A stretch of DNA of 59,429 bases, filler included, from Sphacelaria rigidula (GCA_964200075.2; 6 parts of 6 records of this genome joined end to end with filler, not necessarily neighbours in it); one strand, 5' to 3'; counted from the whole stretch's first letter, positions 36,201-49,509 are shown. Translations and numbers: made by a program. Notes: generated from the letters alone by a model not told the origin.

Positions 36201-39057
36201 TTGGAAGAAATTCGGCGGGGGGAGATACGACATGCGGTAGGTACTCAAAGCGAGCGCAATTGGGCCCCACAGATACAGCAAGTCTACAGGAGATTTTGGC
36301 CGTGGCTGGGCCGTCCGGACTCGCGCGTGATGCGAAGGGTTTCATCCGTTCCGTGATTGAGCATCGCACGCTGTCGCCGGCGAGCAGGTCCCTGAGTCGG
36401 CTCATAAACGCGAAGCGATGGCACGCTCACTTGGAGGGTTACCGGGTGAATCCCCGCGTCGAGCTGCTGACGAGCACGGGAAGGATGGTGACGTCGGACC
36501 CTCCCCTGCAGAACCTGGATCACAAGATACGCCTAACGAGGTCTTTGAGGCCCAGCCTTGCGCAGGAGATGGACGCGGACGTGCCGGAGGTGAAGATGAT
36601 TCCCCGTTTGTCGGCGGATGATCCACGCAGCGGTGGTAAGGTGGAAGATCAGGCGGGGGGAAGGTGGGAGGTGTTGCCAAGTCAAGGATCATCCGAGGAA
36701 GAGCAACGTCAAGGGCTGAAGTAAGACTGTGTGCGCCACGTGTGTGTGTACTGTCATGTTTTCTTCACTGGTAGCACTCAGTCTACTTCTTTTTTCCGGT
36801 GTGAGATTTTCCGTGTAGATCTACATGCAGGGTCAATCGCCCGTTCGGGTGTCTACATGCACGTGCAGCGGCTCACACAAGATGTACCAAAACCCAACGG
36901 CGCCACTCCTACTCCTGTCGGAACCGGTCGCAACGTCGAAAATCGTTCTTACCAAAATACTGAACACTCTGCCGACACACCTCTCCCGCCCGTGTCTCAT
37001 TCAATCCCCCCCCGCCGTCCCCCTTATTTGCAACTGGCGCTGAACTTTTGTCGCAAACAGAGTGACGGTGGGCAGTTCCGACGCTTCTAAGGGCATGGGT
37101 ATCGGGTATATTGTGGCCATAATTCAGAACCGTTCTCTGAACGACCCCATCTTCATGCTATCATTGCCCAGCATTAATGCCGACGGCTGTGTTACCGAGG
37201 CAGGCTCTCCAGCTGCTCCTGCAGCTGCTCCTGCTGCTCCGGCTCCTGCTGAGGGGGAAAGCATGGTGAGGTTTTTGGAGACGCGCACCGATCACCGCTC
37301 GTTCGTTGGGATATTCATCAACGTGGTTCTGGATGTATAACCATCAGGCCTATCGGTGTTCAGGGTCGTGATCATGGCCTAGCCGGTTGTGGTAACAAGT
37401 ATTCGCTCCCTTAGCACCGAGGTCTCGAGTTTGACGTCAGTTGAATGGTCTTTGGGGGGGCGACTTCGGAGCACATGTTGGCTGTGACTCCCGAGAAAAT
37501 GCCCGCGTAGGATATGCTGATTTCTCACGCATGTCTCCGCGCGTCATTTTTCTCGTGGATAAGCCTCGACCACGGTGGCATATTGGCTGTTACAGTACAA
37601 CATCGAACAGTTGCAGTGATTCCGCCAGCGGTACATGTAGTCACGCGTGTACGAAATTTCACCACATAAAAAACGATGCATAGAAGGAACACGTGTACAG
37701 ACCGCCTACTCAACCATAGTACACGGCTGGTGCATGCCTACTCGCTGGAATGGTTTTTATATCTATTCAGACATTCTTGCTATCACCGTTGTCCAACTGT
37801 CGTTCATCGACGCCTTGAAAACTGAAATCTTCCAAAATCATGTCAAGGTCGTGTCCAGACTGCGAAGAAAGAGGCTGCTTTTATGCCGAGTTTATTTGTA
37901 TGTGCTGGATAATATATGACCCCAACGTCGGAACCAGACTGCGAAGGAAAATGCATCTGTCAGGATTCGAACTAATGACCTTCCGCGCGTGTGGAAGTCG
38001 CATATCAGCTACGAGTACACAACGGGGTGTAACGGTGGCAGACAAGAAGTGTAATGCACGGCCCATTTGAGGAGCTTGAAGCTGAATTTTTACACGTAGA
38101 TTCCACAGGTCCAGAGCAATACTACGGTAGGGGTTGCACTTTTGTATCGGAAAGGTTTCTCGAGGCTGCTCGGTGTGTTGGACGGGTCATTCTGAGAATC
38201 GGCATCATTTTCAGTCTTTTTCAAGTAAAAAATGAGGCCGATTCCCGGGAAGGCCCCTACGTGCAAACACCATGTTTATGGGAGTCCGATCTCCGGAGAT
38301 TCGGGTTGCACAGTAAGCCTCGTATATTTGTGCGCCTACAAAAAAGAGACCCAGAAACAAAAAGTGCAACCCCTACCGTAGCATTTTGCTTTCCAGTATA
38401 TTTTCTTCGTTTTTTTTTTCCCATGGCAGAGCGTGCATCAGCTTGCTGGCCTGCACTTCACAGGAATATAGTTTCATCAGCTTGATCCGGGAAAAGTGAA
38501 GAAGTTCTCGTGTGCTAGGAAATGTGAGCTTTCGGGCTGGCCCAGCTCGTACACGTGTACAGCATACGGTTGATGTGATGAAGTGCGGTCCGCCAGGAGA
38601 AATCGGTTGGTATGGTTGACGTGAATACCCCAGCAGCAATATCCCTTGATCTATCCTTCGCGTATGTTGCTGTTGCGGTGGCGGGTTACCTGAGCTGCGT
38701 GCTTTGGGACTTACACTACATGGCTACTGTTTACTCCCCCTTCTCTTGCTTATCGCCGTGGTTCGCTGATGGGAGGTGAGCTTTGAAAGGCACTGCGGGG
38801 TACTTTTGTAAACGTTGTGCTTCTTTGTTTTGTTTTGCATGAAAATCTTGGCGTGTGTGCTGATGGGTTGTATACGTTCCGTTTTTGGATGCTGTTTCTT
38901 TTTGTTAAAACGGGAAACACCACCTCGTGCATAGGCATCTCTCTGGCGAGAACGAGGGTTTTCTATCACGGACGAGGACGCGAAGAGGACTTGTCAAGTG
39001 AGGATCAGACTGGGCTCCTCCACTAGCGGGAAGGTCTACAGCTACCCCGCTTCTATG
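33259..39057 (+). CDS. Family A DNA polymerase, Pol theta/Pol nu-like (partial; catalytic motifs A-C not in this contig)
   Basis: In-phase exons 33259-34637, 35008-36720 and 37061-37265, probable exon 38935-39057, possible upstream exon 32231-32342. Pol theta-like pseudo-exonuclease motifs (IDV...FSEVWRRSKCFSF; VSAIAVSFDG; EDPAVANWLVEP), thumb entry FHLIEMPAVVAAAEMEYCG, and motif 2 TSTGRMVTSDPPLQNL. Confidence 0.85.
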
Positions 39058-39588
39058 GTGAGCAGCTGCAGCGTATCCAGTAAAGAGGGCGTGTGCTGTT
39101 CTGGTGAAAAATCCATGTGATGTTCATGTTGGCGAGACTGTGGCTTTTGTCGAGAACGGATTTTAATGTTGTGCGTGTCGGAGGTGTTTTTGCTGAGCGA
39201 GTGCGCATTTGGTAATCAATTGCGATCGATACAGCCGAGGAACAGGAGGCGCGATGTTTTTTTTCACGTTTGCGGCAGCTTTTCTCAGCAGATACTTGTA
39301 TGACAATCCCCCCAGGGGGAAATTTTTCGTCTCTGCTCATTTTGCATGTGCATCTGTCTCCCCATCGCTCTCTCTTCCTCTCTTCCTCTTTGCGATGCTT
39401 TCACACCATTGTCAGACAAGGAACATGGAGCTACGCTTTCCCTCTACGCAAGGTGTACAGTATACAACCGTTTTCAGCGTTGCGTGTTCTCTGTCCCCCC
39501 CCCCCCCGAAATTATGAGCCCTTCCGCTCTCCAAAGGTTACATGAGGGACGGGGGAGCACCTTGTGGCAAGGATCGCCCCCCTTTAAT

Positions 39589-39688
39589 NNNNNNNNNNNN
39601 NNNNNNNNNNNNNNNNNNNNNNNNNNNNNNNNTTAATTAATTAANNNNNNNNNNNNNNNNNNNNNNNNNNNNNNNNNNNNNNNNNNNN
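39589..39688. other. Artificial contig-join spacer
   Basis: N44-TTAATTAATTAA-N44. Confidence 0.99.
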
Positions 39689-40026
39689 TCCGACGACTGT
39701 TATATCTTTTCCTTCTTTCTGGCAGGTCTAGGTCCCCCACCCGAAATCGCAATTTCATATTTTAAAGTGGGGGAGGGGGGGCTATAGTAGAGAGTGTCTT
39801 GAGTTTAAAGTCAAGTGCTCGTAGTCAGGGTGCAGAGCCAGTATGTATTTGCATGTATTCGCTGAGCAGTTTTCAGTTTTCGTGGGGCACACGCTTTTCA
39901 TGGTGCGCAAGTGGCGCACGCTGGCAGCCGCCACCGCTGCGATGGTGCAAACAACATACACCCTCTCCGCATATCCGTACTTTTGCAGCAGTCTTGGTAC
40001 TTTCGGGGTGGGGCTGGCAGTGTGTG

Positions 40027-40370
40027 TTGATTTTGCACGCATGTCGCATCGTCACAACTGTGCCCCCTCTTATACTGTCTCTGCTGCTGCTACTCAGCCG
40101 TACATGCGTTTGAACTTATTTAATCAGCGGCAGCGTACCAGTCAGCGTGCCATCGCTCTCCACTGAACACATACGTGTACTGCCGGTGCAAGACTAGCAC
40201 ACCTCGAGAGTGTTTTGATCTTGAACGCATGTCGCATCGTTTCCAACTGTACTTGTCCGTACTGCTGCTGCAGCTGCTACTGCTACTGCGCCGTACATGC
40301 GAACGTATTCATCATCAATGGCCGGATACAACGGCAAGAAATAGTCAGCGTGCCATCGCTCTCCACTGAA
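40027..40370 (+). repeat. Local tandem duplication (about 190-200 bp period)
   Basis: acgcatgtcgcatcgt...gccgtacatgcg...agtcagcgtgccatcgctctccactgaa occurs twice (about 40027-40168 and 40215-40370). Confidence 0.8.
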
Positions 40371-40587
40371 TGCAGTCTACTGCACACTGCTGATGTCTCC
40401 GCTGAGTGTTCAGCAACAACTCAACAGACAGTGTGAGGCTATGCTGGCAACATAATAGGGGTTAGGCAGGCCGCAAACACTACGAGCAGATTAAAAAGCA
40501 CGTCGCTTTTGCCCGTGTTATCTACGCTTGGATGATCATGACCAAAATGGTCCACTACAGCAACGCTGTGAGGTCGTCGTTGTATGA

Positions 40588-41923
40588 CAGGGTTGCACAT
40601 CGGATATCGATAATCGATACGAATTCGATAAATATCGGCGATATGCCATATCGGTATCGGAGCGTAGAAAATCGATATATGTGATACGTATCAATATCGA
40701 TATTTTTGTTTATTTTTCGTCACATTAGCTCAATTTCTCGAAACCGTCATCACAAGAAACGCAGGGGGGTGATATTTCCCGAACGGAAGACCCCCAGTTG
40801 ATGTGCAACCCCGCCCCCCCCATCCCTCACTCCACAAGGTCCCCTTCACAAACGACACACCGGTGGTGCCTCGGGGGTTTAGGGTTTAGTGATATGATTC
40901 AGCGGGGGTGTTTACCAACGGCAACATACGGGTGGCGTGGCGGAGTAGATATGAGGTCACAGTCAATGCAAAGCTGCAGATAACAGTAGAAAACAGCTGT
41001 CCTTCGGAGTATGAGGAGATGTTACTGTCGCTTCGCCTTTCCTTCATGTTTGACGAGTGTTGGATCTTTTTTCCCCTCCATGCATTGGTCTGGACATTTT
41101 AATTGTTGCAAGTTTGGTGGTTTTTCTTCTTGGTTAGTGAAATACAAATATATAAATATATATATATATATGCATTTGGCATCCAAAAATTAAAACTTGA
41201 CGCATGCTGCCGACGTTTCCTGTCATTGGTAGTGAATAAAGTTGAAAAACAGAGCTCGCATTCGAGTTTGTGCATGTTCGAGATTTGACACCTTTTCCTT
41301 TTCTAATGAACGTGCAGGGTCGAGGTATGTGCTCATTCGATCGAAACAAACGGAATAGTGACCGTAGAAATGAAAGCAGTATGACCAATACCACACCCGG
41401 TCCGCTGTGATCAACTACCTCTTGCACGGCGACGAAAGATATTCGCAAGACAGCTGTATCACCGCATGCCGCCGCTGCTATGATGTCAATTTGCACACTA
41501 TCCGCTGCTGTACACCATGTGTTTGCTGCTGTCCACTGGAAACTACCGTTAGGTTGAGATACCACACCCTTAGGAGCGATTTTCAAAGCTTGATTACTTT
41601 ATCTCGACGAGATAGTTGCAAGGCCGCCCAGTTCAGCCCTGGCATCGCTTCTGTTGAGGAGTAAGTGAGCTTCGAAAATCTGTGCACGGGTTGTGGTATC
41701 TTGAGCGACCTACAATAGTGAGGGTGTCAGTGTGCAAGTGTACTGCTCGGTCTTATACACTGACTGCGGTCATACCAAAACAGCCGTATCGTATCGAATA
41801 TCGATACTCGATACGTATCGTGTCATTTTGGGAATATCGACAAAAATATCGGTATCGGCGGTTGTGGTTCGACATTCTAATAATATCTATCGAACTTTAC
41901 TCTCGGTCCGATATGCAACCGTG
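40588..41923. mobile_element. Non-autonomous hAT-like DNA transposon
   Basis: TIRs cagggttgcacatcgga (40588) / tccgatatgcaaccgtg (ends 41923), 15/17 match; flanks ttgtatga / atgtatgg (6/8); TATCGA-rich subterminal arrays at both ends. Confidence 0.7.
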
Positions 41924-43576
41924 ATGTATGGTCCACCTGCAGGGGAACAAAGTGACAATTCTGACCAATCACGGCACTTTAATATGAAAATGTTCACTTC
42001 TCTCCTCTCGGGCTCCGGTCGTGGTGTAGAATTCCCCGAGGGAAAAACTACTTCAACACATGGTTGACTTCGTGAGTATTTCGGTTGTTTTGCGAACAGG
42101 GACCCCCCCCCCCGGAAAAAAAAATCCCCACCGCTCCATGGAAACCCCCTCATGCATGTCCCTCAACTATCAGCCGGTGGAACTGTTCCGAGGCGAGGCT
42201 CTAGAAGGGTTAGCCCCTTGACTGCCGGCATAGGTCGTCTGTTGAATTATAATAGCATCAATTTCACTTGAAAAAATTGATGCATGACACAGATGACCTG
42301 TTGATCATGTGGTAATTTGACTTATGGGGAATAGCGTGAGATACAAGAGCGTAATATTCAGGATACTGTTCTGAGATCGTTGATAGAAAATGCGGCAGGT
42401 TAGCCGATACAAAAATGTTTTGTACAGAATGATCCTTGGAACGTTCTTCCAAGTGCTTCCTCATTTTTCTTCTCCCATTGACAAGGAACAAACGCAGAGT
42501 TTTCTTGTGTTGTACTATACGCTTCAGCCAGATAGAAAGCACTGAGAGTTGTCTTGAGGTGTGCCGTGCGTTCTCGATTGGATGAAATATTGGATATTTG
42601 TCAGAGCTTACGGAGGAGCTGATGGAGGTGCACGCCCGCACGCCTCGCTCCTCTGGGATCAGTGTGTGGTCTTCCTCTCTCTATGCCGGTGGTATTCAAC
42701 GTTATAATATAGATATGCATACCTCTATTTGGTCGACTTCCATCTTGACAACTGGCGTTGTACAAGTTGCTTTCTACGTTCTGATTGAGTAGTCGGTGCC
42801 GTTTGTATCAGCGTGTGCTCGAAGTATATCGACATGGCCTACCCTCACGATCAAAGAGTCAAGATCAGATGATCTTGATGCGGGGAACTTGGTAAAAATG
42901 CACCCCCGGTAACTTTGCTTCGGGCGATGCGATTGCATACGATCCGGCTGTCAGATCACGATATCAGCCCGATTCACCCGATCGTGAGAGATGGTCTGAC
43001 ATCAATCTGCGGTCCAAATCATCCCAAGTTTCGGAAGACAAAGCTCAGGTGATCTGAGTTCGGGTGATCCAATTGGATTGCCCCTTTGATAAATGTGGCC
43101 GAGATCAAGTGAATTCATGTGATGTGGCTGTCAGATTATTTTTCGGGTCAGTTCATCTCGGAATAAGATCTCACCTGCAGCACTTGTGCTGTGCCCACAT
43201 CGACTTTCCTCTCTCGAAGGATGACAGTACGACACGTGCCAACCCAACCCCATGACTGCGACATATTTTAGCCACCTTAGTCCTTTGCGTGTCACTGTGA
43301 ACATTTGTGGCTTAGTTCCAATGGCCGAATGTTCCTGCAGTAAGCTCCCACATTCTGGCAGCCAAAGGGTTTACGTAAGCTCACGCCGAGCTCTACGCTA
43401 CCCTCTAACTGTGTTACAGACAAGAAGTGCACATTAGAGCTGGACCTAGAAACATGCGCTGCTGCCCGACACAAGAACACCATGGGTGAAGAGTGGATAA
43501 AACAGCGGCTCGTTCTGGCGAGAACACTGGCGGCCTTCATCCGATTATAGCTCAGCCAATTAACCAATACACTCAC

Positions 43577-43830
43577 CCTAGATATCCAGAACCCACTATA
43601 TACAAGTCATCGGGCCCGACTTGTGCTGCGGTCATGCGGACATCTGCTGCGGCCGTCGCGCTGTTGACGCCCTCGGCGCCGCCCCTAATTAGGATGCGTC
43701 GGCTGCCTACAGAAGACGATAGAGTCGTAACTTTATGGATCGACGCCACAGACCAAGGCAGTAAAAAGGCACCTGCAGTGCCTATGCATGCAGCGGCGGA
43801 CACAATACTGAGAGATCTCTGCAGAGCCAT
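43577..43830 (-). CDS. First exon of a plastid-targeted NAD(P)-binding Rossmann-fold protein (epimerase/dehydratase-like)
   Basis: ATG at 43830; MALQRSLSIVSAAACIGTAGA|FLLP is a signal peptide with Phe at +1, then a Ser/Arg-rich transit peptide, then DDLYIVGSGYLG (GxGxxG); GTGAGT donor at 43576-43571. Downstream exons not found. Confidence 0.75.
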
Positions 43831-44208
43831 CAAGAGCAGCGTTTGAGACTGCTCACGGTCGGAGCAGGGAAGCCCGTGATCTTCGCGGAAAGGTTCTAAG
43901 TGAGAACCGAACCATTTGAACCACATTTTCAATGTTCGAAGTACCGGCTCTCGTTCGAGGTCCTTCCTTGCGTTTGCTGTGTAACGAGCACCTGCTTGAT
44001 AGAGTGGAGGAGTGCCACCCTAGAAGCTATTGCGCCATTTCAGCATAAAGTATTTTTGAAAACCGTGCGTGCGTGTTGATTGGACTTCAGTGAGACAAAG
44101 CAGCACAGCAGCGGGGCGTGAAGGATTCAGAATCCAGGAGATCCTGGCACATTTTTAGGCTCCACCTAGGTTTTCCATTGCTCCAATAAGCGCTGAGAGC
44201 TGCGGATT
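43831..44208. promoter_or_regulatory. Putative promoter/5' UTR region, possibly bidirectional
   Basis: Lies directly upstream of the minus-strand ATG at 43830 and a plus-strand ATG at 44209; CCAAT-type boxes on both strands (attgg about 44079, ccaat about 44183). Confidence 0.3.
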
Positions 44209-47200
44209 ATGCCCCACAACAACATGCCTGGAGACAGGGTACTCCTCGCTACGGTGCAGGAGCTGACATTCATCCGTAATCATATGACCACGAGGTATGG
44301 CTCGTGCTGCTGCTCGATACGAGCGATGGTGCTATGGATGGGCCGAAACACCTACACAAGTAACGGTCGGGTTTTGACTTTTAAGCAGGAAATAATTCTG
44401 AAACCGTCGAACAGTACTCGAAGTTATCCATACGGTTTGCTTGTTGAAGGTGGCATGGGTTGTAAGTTGTAATACAACAGTACCGTACTGAGCACGAATA
44501 TGCACCATTTCGACAGATGGCAGGCTCATCTTTAGAGGTTTCGTGTGTCTGGTGATGTCGCCATTCGTTCCAATCTGTCGAGCGTTGCTGCAGTCTCTCG
44601 ATAAGGTCAACTTAAACCTCCTTGTGCAACATGCCCTTACTGCTTTTTCGCTCCGTCTCGGCTGGCGCTGAACCTCCGCTTGGGGTCAACATCATTGTAG
44701 GCGCCGTACCAACTGTGCGTCACTACCAAGCGTCCCTTTGGGCCAAACTCGCCAGCGCGCGACCGATGACCGAATGTTGAACCTCGCCCTGTTGCAAGCA
44801 TATATCGGAACAAGAGAATATTCCTCTAATGTAGTGTAAAAATACCCCGAGCGCATCCTGCGCACAATAACTTTGGCGATCATAGTCCTTGATATATACC
44901 GAATTCGAGAAAAAGCATTAACACTCACCCCACGCATGGTGCGGAGCAGCCTCGGGTGCACGAGTAACCCACCTCGTGCTTCTTGCTGATGCTCCCAATT
45001 TTTTCGCACCTGTTATGGAAGCCTGGTCACATTTTCGGCAGGAAACGGTTCTATTTTGACCGTCGAACAACATGACTTTGCGATATCCAGTAGACGTAAA
45101 GTTCGAGACGCCGCCGAAGTTCACGACCTGGGTCAGCTTAGAAACGGGTTTAAGCTCTCAGAGCAATATCTGATTGACAAAGACGAGTTGGGCCGTGATC
45201 CGCATATAATCGTATCAATCGTCTAAGCAAGAGGAAGGTGCTTATCTGCCCAAAAGTCTGGGCCAATATTTTCTCGTTGATTAAACCCCATGTCTATTAA
45301 TTCCTACATCATATTAAGGAGATAATGTCCATGAAATCTATATGAAACCCCGATCGATGCATTCGGCGGATAACGATTCTTGGTGTGGACATTCCCTGGA
45401 GCACGCGGAGACGATAGATGCCCTCACCTTCACCTAATTCCTTGTCTCTCTCGAGATGTGGCGCACATATGGTTCCATACTAGAATCAATATATTACGAG
45501 CAGAGGCACAAGATGAACTAAATCTGGATATCGAGTCCCAGTTTTTGAGAGTTGTGCTATAAAATTTCGTATGGAGAACCGCGAGTGCGTAGTAGAGTGA
45601 AAAAAAAGAGCCTTTTCATTTTGTTTGGGGTTCTTAATTTCCTTTTTTTTCGTTTTTTGGGGCAGTTATGAGGGGATATGAACATTGCTCTTGTGGGCTT
45701 CATCTCATCTTCATAGCTCAATTTTTGGAATTGGAATTTGAAACTTAGCATGGAGAACCACAGAGGTACGCTGAATAACAAAGAACGCCCTTCGTTTTTT
45801 CGGGGGGTAGAGGTGCGGGCGTTCTCTTACAAAACTGGTCGTTACCATACTGAAACACCGTAAACCAGTGAAAAAATGAATAACTACCATCCTGACGCAG
45901 TTTTTGGGGTTCATTAACCATTTTGGAACTCACAACGGAAAATTGACTATCTGCAATTAATGGTTTTTGAGCAAGATATGGTTGATGGTTCACACCTTAG
46001 ACGCAACAATATTCGTCCAACGCGTATTTTTCAGACCCGTGCAAGTGACAAGTGAAACAAGAGAAGGTTTCCTATTACCTTATTGCGGCGAGGTCCAGGA
46101 TCCGTTGGCGTTTTTTTCTACACGTACACTCATGAGCTCCTTCCTAGGCCACAGTGTGCGGCAAGCCTCTGGGAAGCATGCTTCCCGCCTGACCTGCACG
46201 CCCCTCCCCCTGCAGTTTATGCTCTTTGCAGGGTCATAGCAACAAGGGCAACGCCCATGGCACAGTCGCCATGTTTATGAACTGGCGGTATAATACAATT
46301 CTAGGCAGGCACCTTTCCGTGCCGCCGAGGGTGCTGCGATACTGCCATGTATGGTACTGGATGTGTTTACAGCAATTTGAGGGAATCTCGACTGCAGACT
46401 CACGTCATGCAGAACATCGCACTAATGCACGTTCCGACAGCACCATCCCGGCGTTTGAAAAAATCCGTAAGGCGACGCAGACGCCATGTGCCCTGCAGTT
46501 ATGCACCGTCACTGTGGTGTAGAGTCTGCCAAGTGCCGTCGCCCCAGGGGTAATGCCCTACTGCTTCGTGTCATGTCTGTATTATATTTTGAAAATATAT
46601 CGCATGTTGAAAAACTCTCGGTCAAACGAGGCATGCACAGAACTGCGCTCTGCCAAGCACGTGCAGACAACATTATACTGCGGGTTGACTATTACACAAG
46701 GGCGTAGCGAAAGGCACAGTTGCCCCACCACATATATACCGCGGGTTGATCGTTCTTGACCGTTGCACAGACATACTTTATGCTGCATGAGATTCATGAC
46801 GCCGGCTACCGCTATTGTCTCGTGCCGTCTACTCTCGTGGCCGACTTTTCACATGCTTATATTTATCTTGCACGGAGTGTAGCCGCAAGTCAATACTGTA
46901 ACCAACTGTATAAACTGACTGTAGTGTTTTTCATCTGGCCTGATTACGGTAGGCGGTGCCCGTCAGCTCCCTCCCGCGTGCATGTATATCGCCTGTGCGG
47001 ACGCCTGCGATTACGCCCGCAATGTACCGCCCGCACAACCCACTGTGCCTTCCACATTTGGTGACGGGATTTCGCTGGGTTCAGCCATACTAAGCTGTAT
47101 GTACGGAGTGGCTCGGCAAACTCGCCACCCGATGCTGCAGCCCGTCAAAGCGGTGCTTCCCTTATATACAAATGCTAATACACCGACGTGCCTGGTTGGA

Positions 47201-47456
47201 CCCTGGAGCCCATCGCCGTTTTTTAAATGGAATGTTTCATAGTGGTTTTGCTGATTATTGTCCATGGATACAATTAAACACACTTCATCCGTCGCGTGGT
47301 ATGATTGGACAAACCTCACCCGACCTCTCCGGGGAAGACATTCTTCTTCAGTCTTCCATTATGAAATAGTTGCCGTCGGCTTTTTCTGTTTACATCTTTT
47401 CCTCTTCGTCAGGGCTTCTCATAATGAGGCGTTTGGACAGGGGACAGGAAGGGAGG
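44209..47456 (+). CDS. Hypothetical divergent gene, 5' exons (unknown product)
   Basis: Phase-compatible candidate exons 44209-44294 (AG|GTATGG), 46216-46287 and 47413-47456, the latter two with pyrimidine-rich acceptors; no recognisable motif. Confidence 0.25.
45125..45890. mobile_element. Inverted copy of the 17770-18400 repeat
   Basis: tattttctcgttgattaaaccccatg and aacgattcttggtgtggacattccctggagcacg are reverse complements of 18115-18260; extra segment at about 45550-45710. Confidence 0.8.
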
Positions 47457-47474
47457 GTTCCAAAAGCGTTAAAC

Positions 47475-49435
47475 TCTAGCGAGGTCCCCCACAAAGTCTC
47501 AATATACAAACACCAAACGTGGGCCGGTAAGTGGCCTGCAAAAAACCTGTTCCGAAACTCTACAGACCCGGTTTTAAACTGCCCATTCGCCGGCGAATAT
47601 TCAAAGTTGGAGCCGAAAATTTGGTATGGGCAATTAATACGGCATAATGAAAAAAGTACGAGTGCACCCAAAGAGTTTTTTTCATGTGTTAAGGGCAATA
47701 ATCAGTTTTCAGGTATCAGTACAGGCTGGTTCACGCGTATCACCCAAAATTGTGTCATCAGCCAATGCCTCTCGCAATACCTACCCAAAAGTCGCATACA
47801 TGATATCAAACTGACCACCATGGGCAGCTGAAGAGCGTGACGTCGCCGAATTTGTGTGTGAGGCCATAGTTGTAGCGCGAGGGGCGAAAAGGTATATCGA
47901 CTAATCAGCGCCCGTCAAATTGTTCCGAGATCGAAACTGCGAATTCCAAGCCCATTTTTCACCCAATAATCTCCACATGCTTCTAATCGTGGTAACCGTC
48001 ATCGACTCGGTAATCTAACGAAAAATATATATTTTTAAACGGTTACTACGGAGATCGAATTATACCCGAAACCATCATGTTTCGGTGATATCGGGTGTTG
48101 TAGAATGTCCAGTACGAGTAATGATGCGCACGAAAGACCCATGGAGCCTCGTGACGGTGTCCCCCTATATCTGTTGTAGAAAAGCTCAAATCGCCCTCAA
48201 ACTTGGCAGTTCCGTAGGTATTGATTCTCCAAATGGAAAAATTGTATTCTTGACAATATATCATGGTTTCTCCGTTCTGTACCGGCTTCCCAGCTGCCCT
48301 GTATGAAGACCCGCGGAAGGCGGTACAGAATACCTCAAAAGAAAAATAATGAAATGATCCGTCCTGGGATAATCCAAGAAATACATGTACAAAGTTTGGA
48401 GGAGGAACTCGAAAACGCCACACCGTTTTTCTTGCCTTTACGTAAAATTCACCCCAAAAGACGTTTCCACAATAAAACCAAGTAGTTAGGCGTTGCACGT
48501 TTCAAGCCCATGTCCTCCACAAACGCGCAAATCTTCACGCCGTTATTCGGAGTTAGACCCTGATACTTTGCACAAATATACTATATGTCATTCCACAACT
48601 CTCAGTGGACGAGTTTTTTTACTTGTTGAGTTTTTCACCGTTTTTCGGGGGTCCGACGGGATCCAAGTCGTTTTTCGGAGTAGTCTCCATTTTGGGACCC
48701 CGGAAAATCGACACTACGACATGTTTTTCATTTTTTCGTGAACGACCTGTCGCCGCATAACCCAAGGAAGGGTCCCACAAAATTTCGTCGCAAAGCTCGA
48801 TCAATGGATGCTTGAATTTTCATGTTCACGTCAAAAAAGGCCCAAAAACGACGTTTAATTACTAAAATCAAGTAGTTTGCGGTTTCACCGCGGCATGTCA
48901 GAGTTCATCGCACGAAAGCAAAAAACCTCACGCCGTTATAAGGAGTTAGACCCTGAAAATTTGCACAACTGTGCTATGGGTGATTACGCAACGTCGGATG
49001 AACGAGTTTTTTTTTTTTAGTTTTTTCTTCTATACCGTTTTACGGGGGTCCGGTTGGATCGATGTTTCCCCGAAAAAATGGGACCACCGAAACACGATGA
49101 AAAAAGCCCGAAAGTGGAAAAACCTCGACCTTCGAAAGTTGCGTAATGCCCCACAGAACATCTATACAAAATTTCAGGTCCTAACTCCTGAAAATGGGGG
49201 GAGGTTTTGCCGATGAGTGTTTTTTGGGTGATAACCCTGAGCCACCCTGTAAAATGCCCTTAACTCATGAAAAAAACATCTGTGGGTTCACCCGTAATAT
49301 TTTTTATCATGACCTACTCATTGTCTATACCAATTTTTCGGCTCCAACTCTTAATATTGGCCGGCGAATGCGCCTGCGAACTAAAAGTCGCCTCTAGGCG
49401 GGCCCAGCTCGTAGAAGACCAGGCGAACCGCCGCG
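47475..49435. mobile_element. About 2-kb non-autonomous element with long inverted arms and an internal about 390-bp tandem duplication
   Basis: Arms 47580-47700 and 49250-49375 are inverted copies of each other and match 17305-17750; direct repeats cacgccgtta...ggagttagaccctga...tttgcacaa at about 48536 and 48929. Confidence 0.7.
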
Positions 49436-49440
49436 TGCAT

Positions 49441-49509
49441 GTTGTTGTTGTTGTTGTTGTTGTTGTCTTCACATTAAAAGCCGTTCCGATATCTGCGCGG
49501 TACATTGGT
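49441..49509 (-). mobile_element. 3' end of a second RTE-family copy with (AAC)n tail, cut by the contig end
   Basis: (gtt)n-gtcttcacattaaaagccgttccgatatctgcgc matches tgtctccacattataaaccgttccgacatctgcgc at about 24395-24430. Confidence 0.8.

Noticed and set aside
42840..43175. GATC-rich tract as a defined element
   Set aside because: The enrichment is visible but I could not define a unit, boundaries or a second copy.
39689..43570. Continuation of the polymerase (motifs A-C) or exon 2 of the Rossmann gene
   Set aside because: It is a different contig from the polymerase, and no candidate exon gave the expected peptide for either gene.
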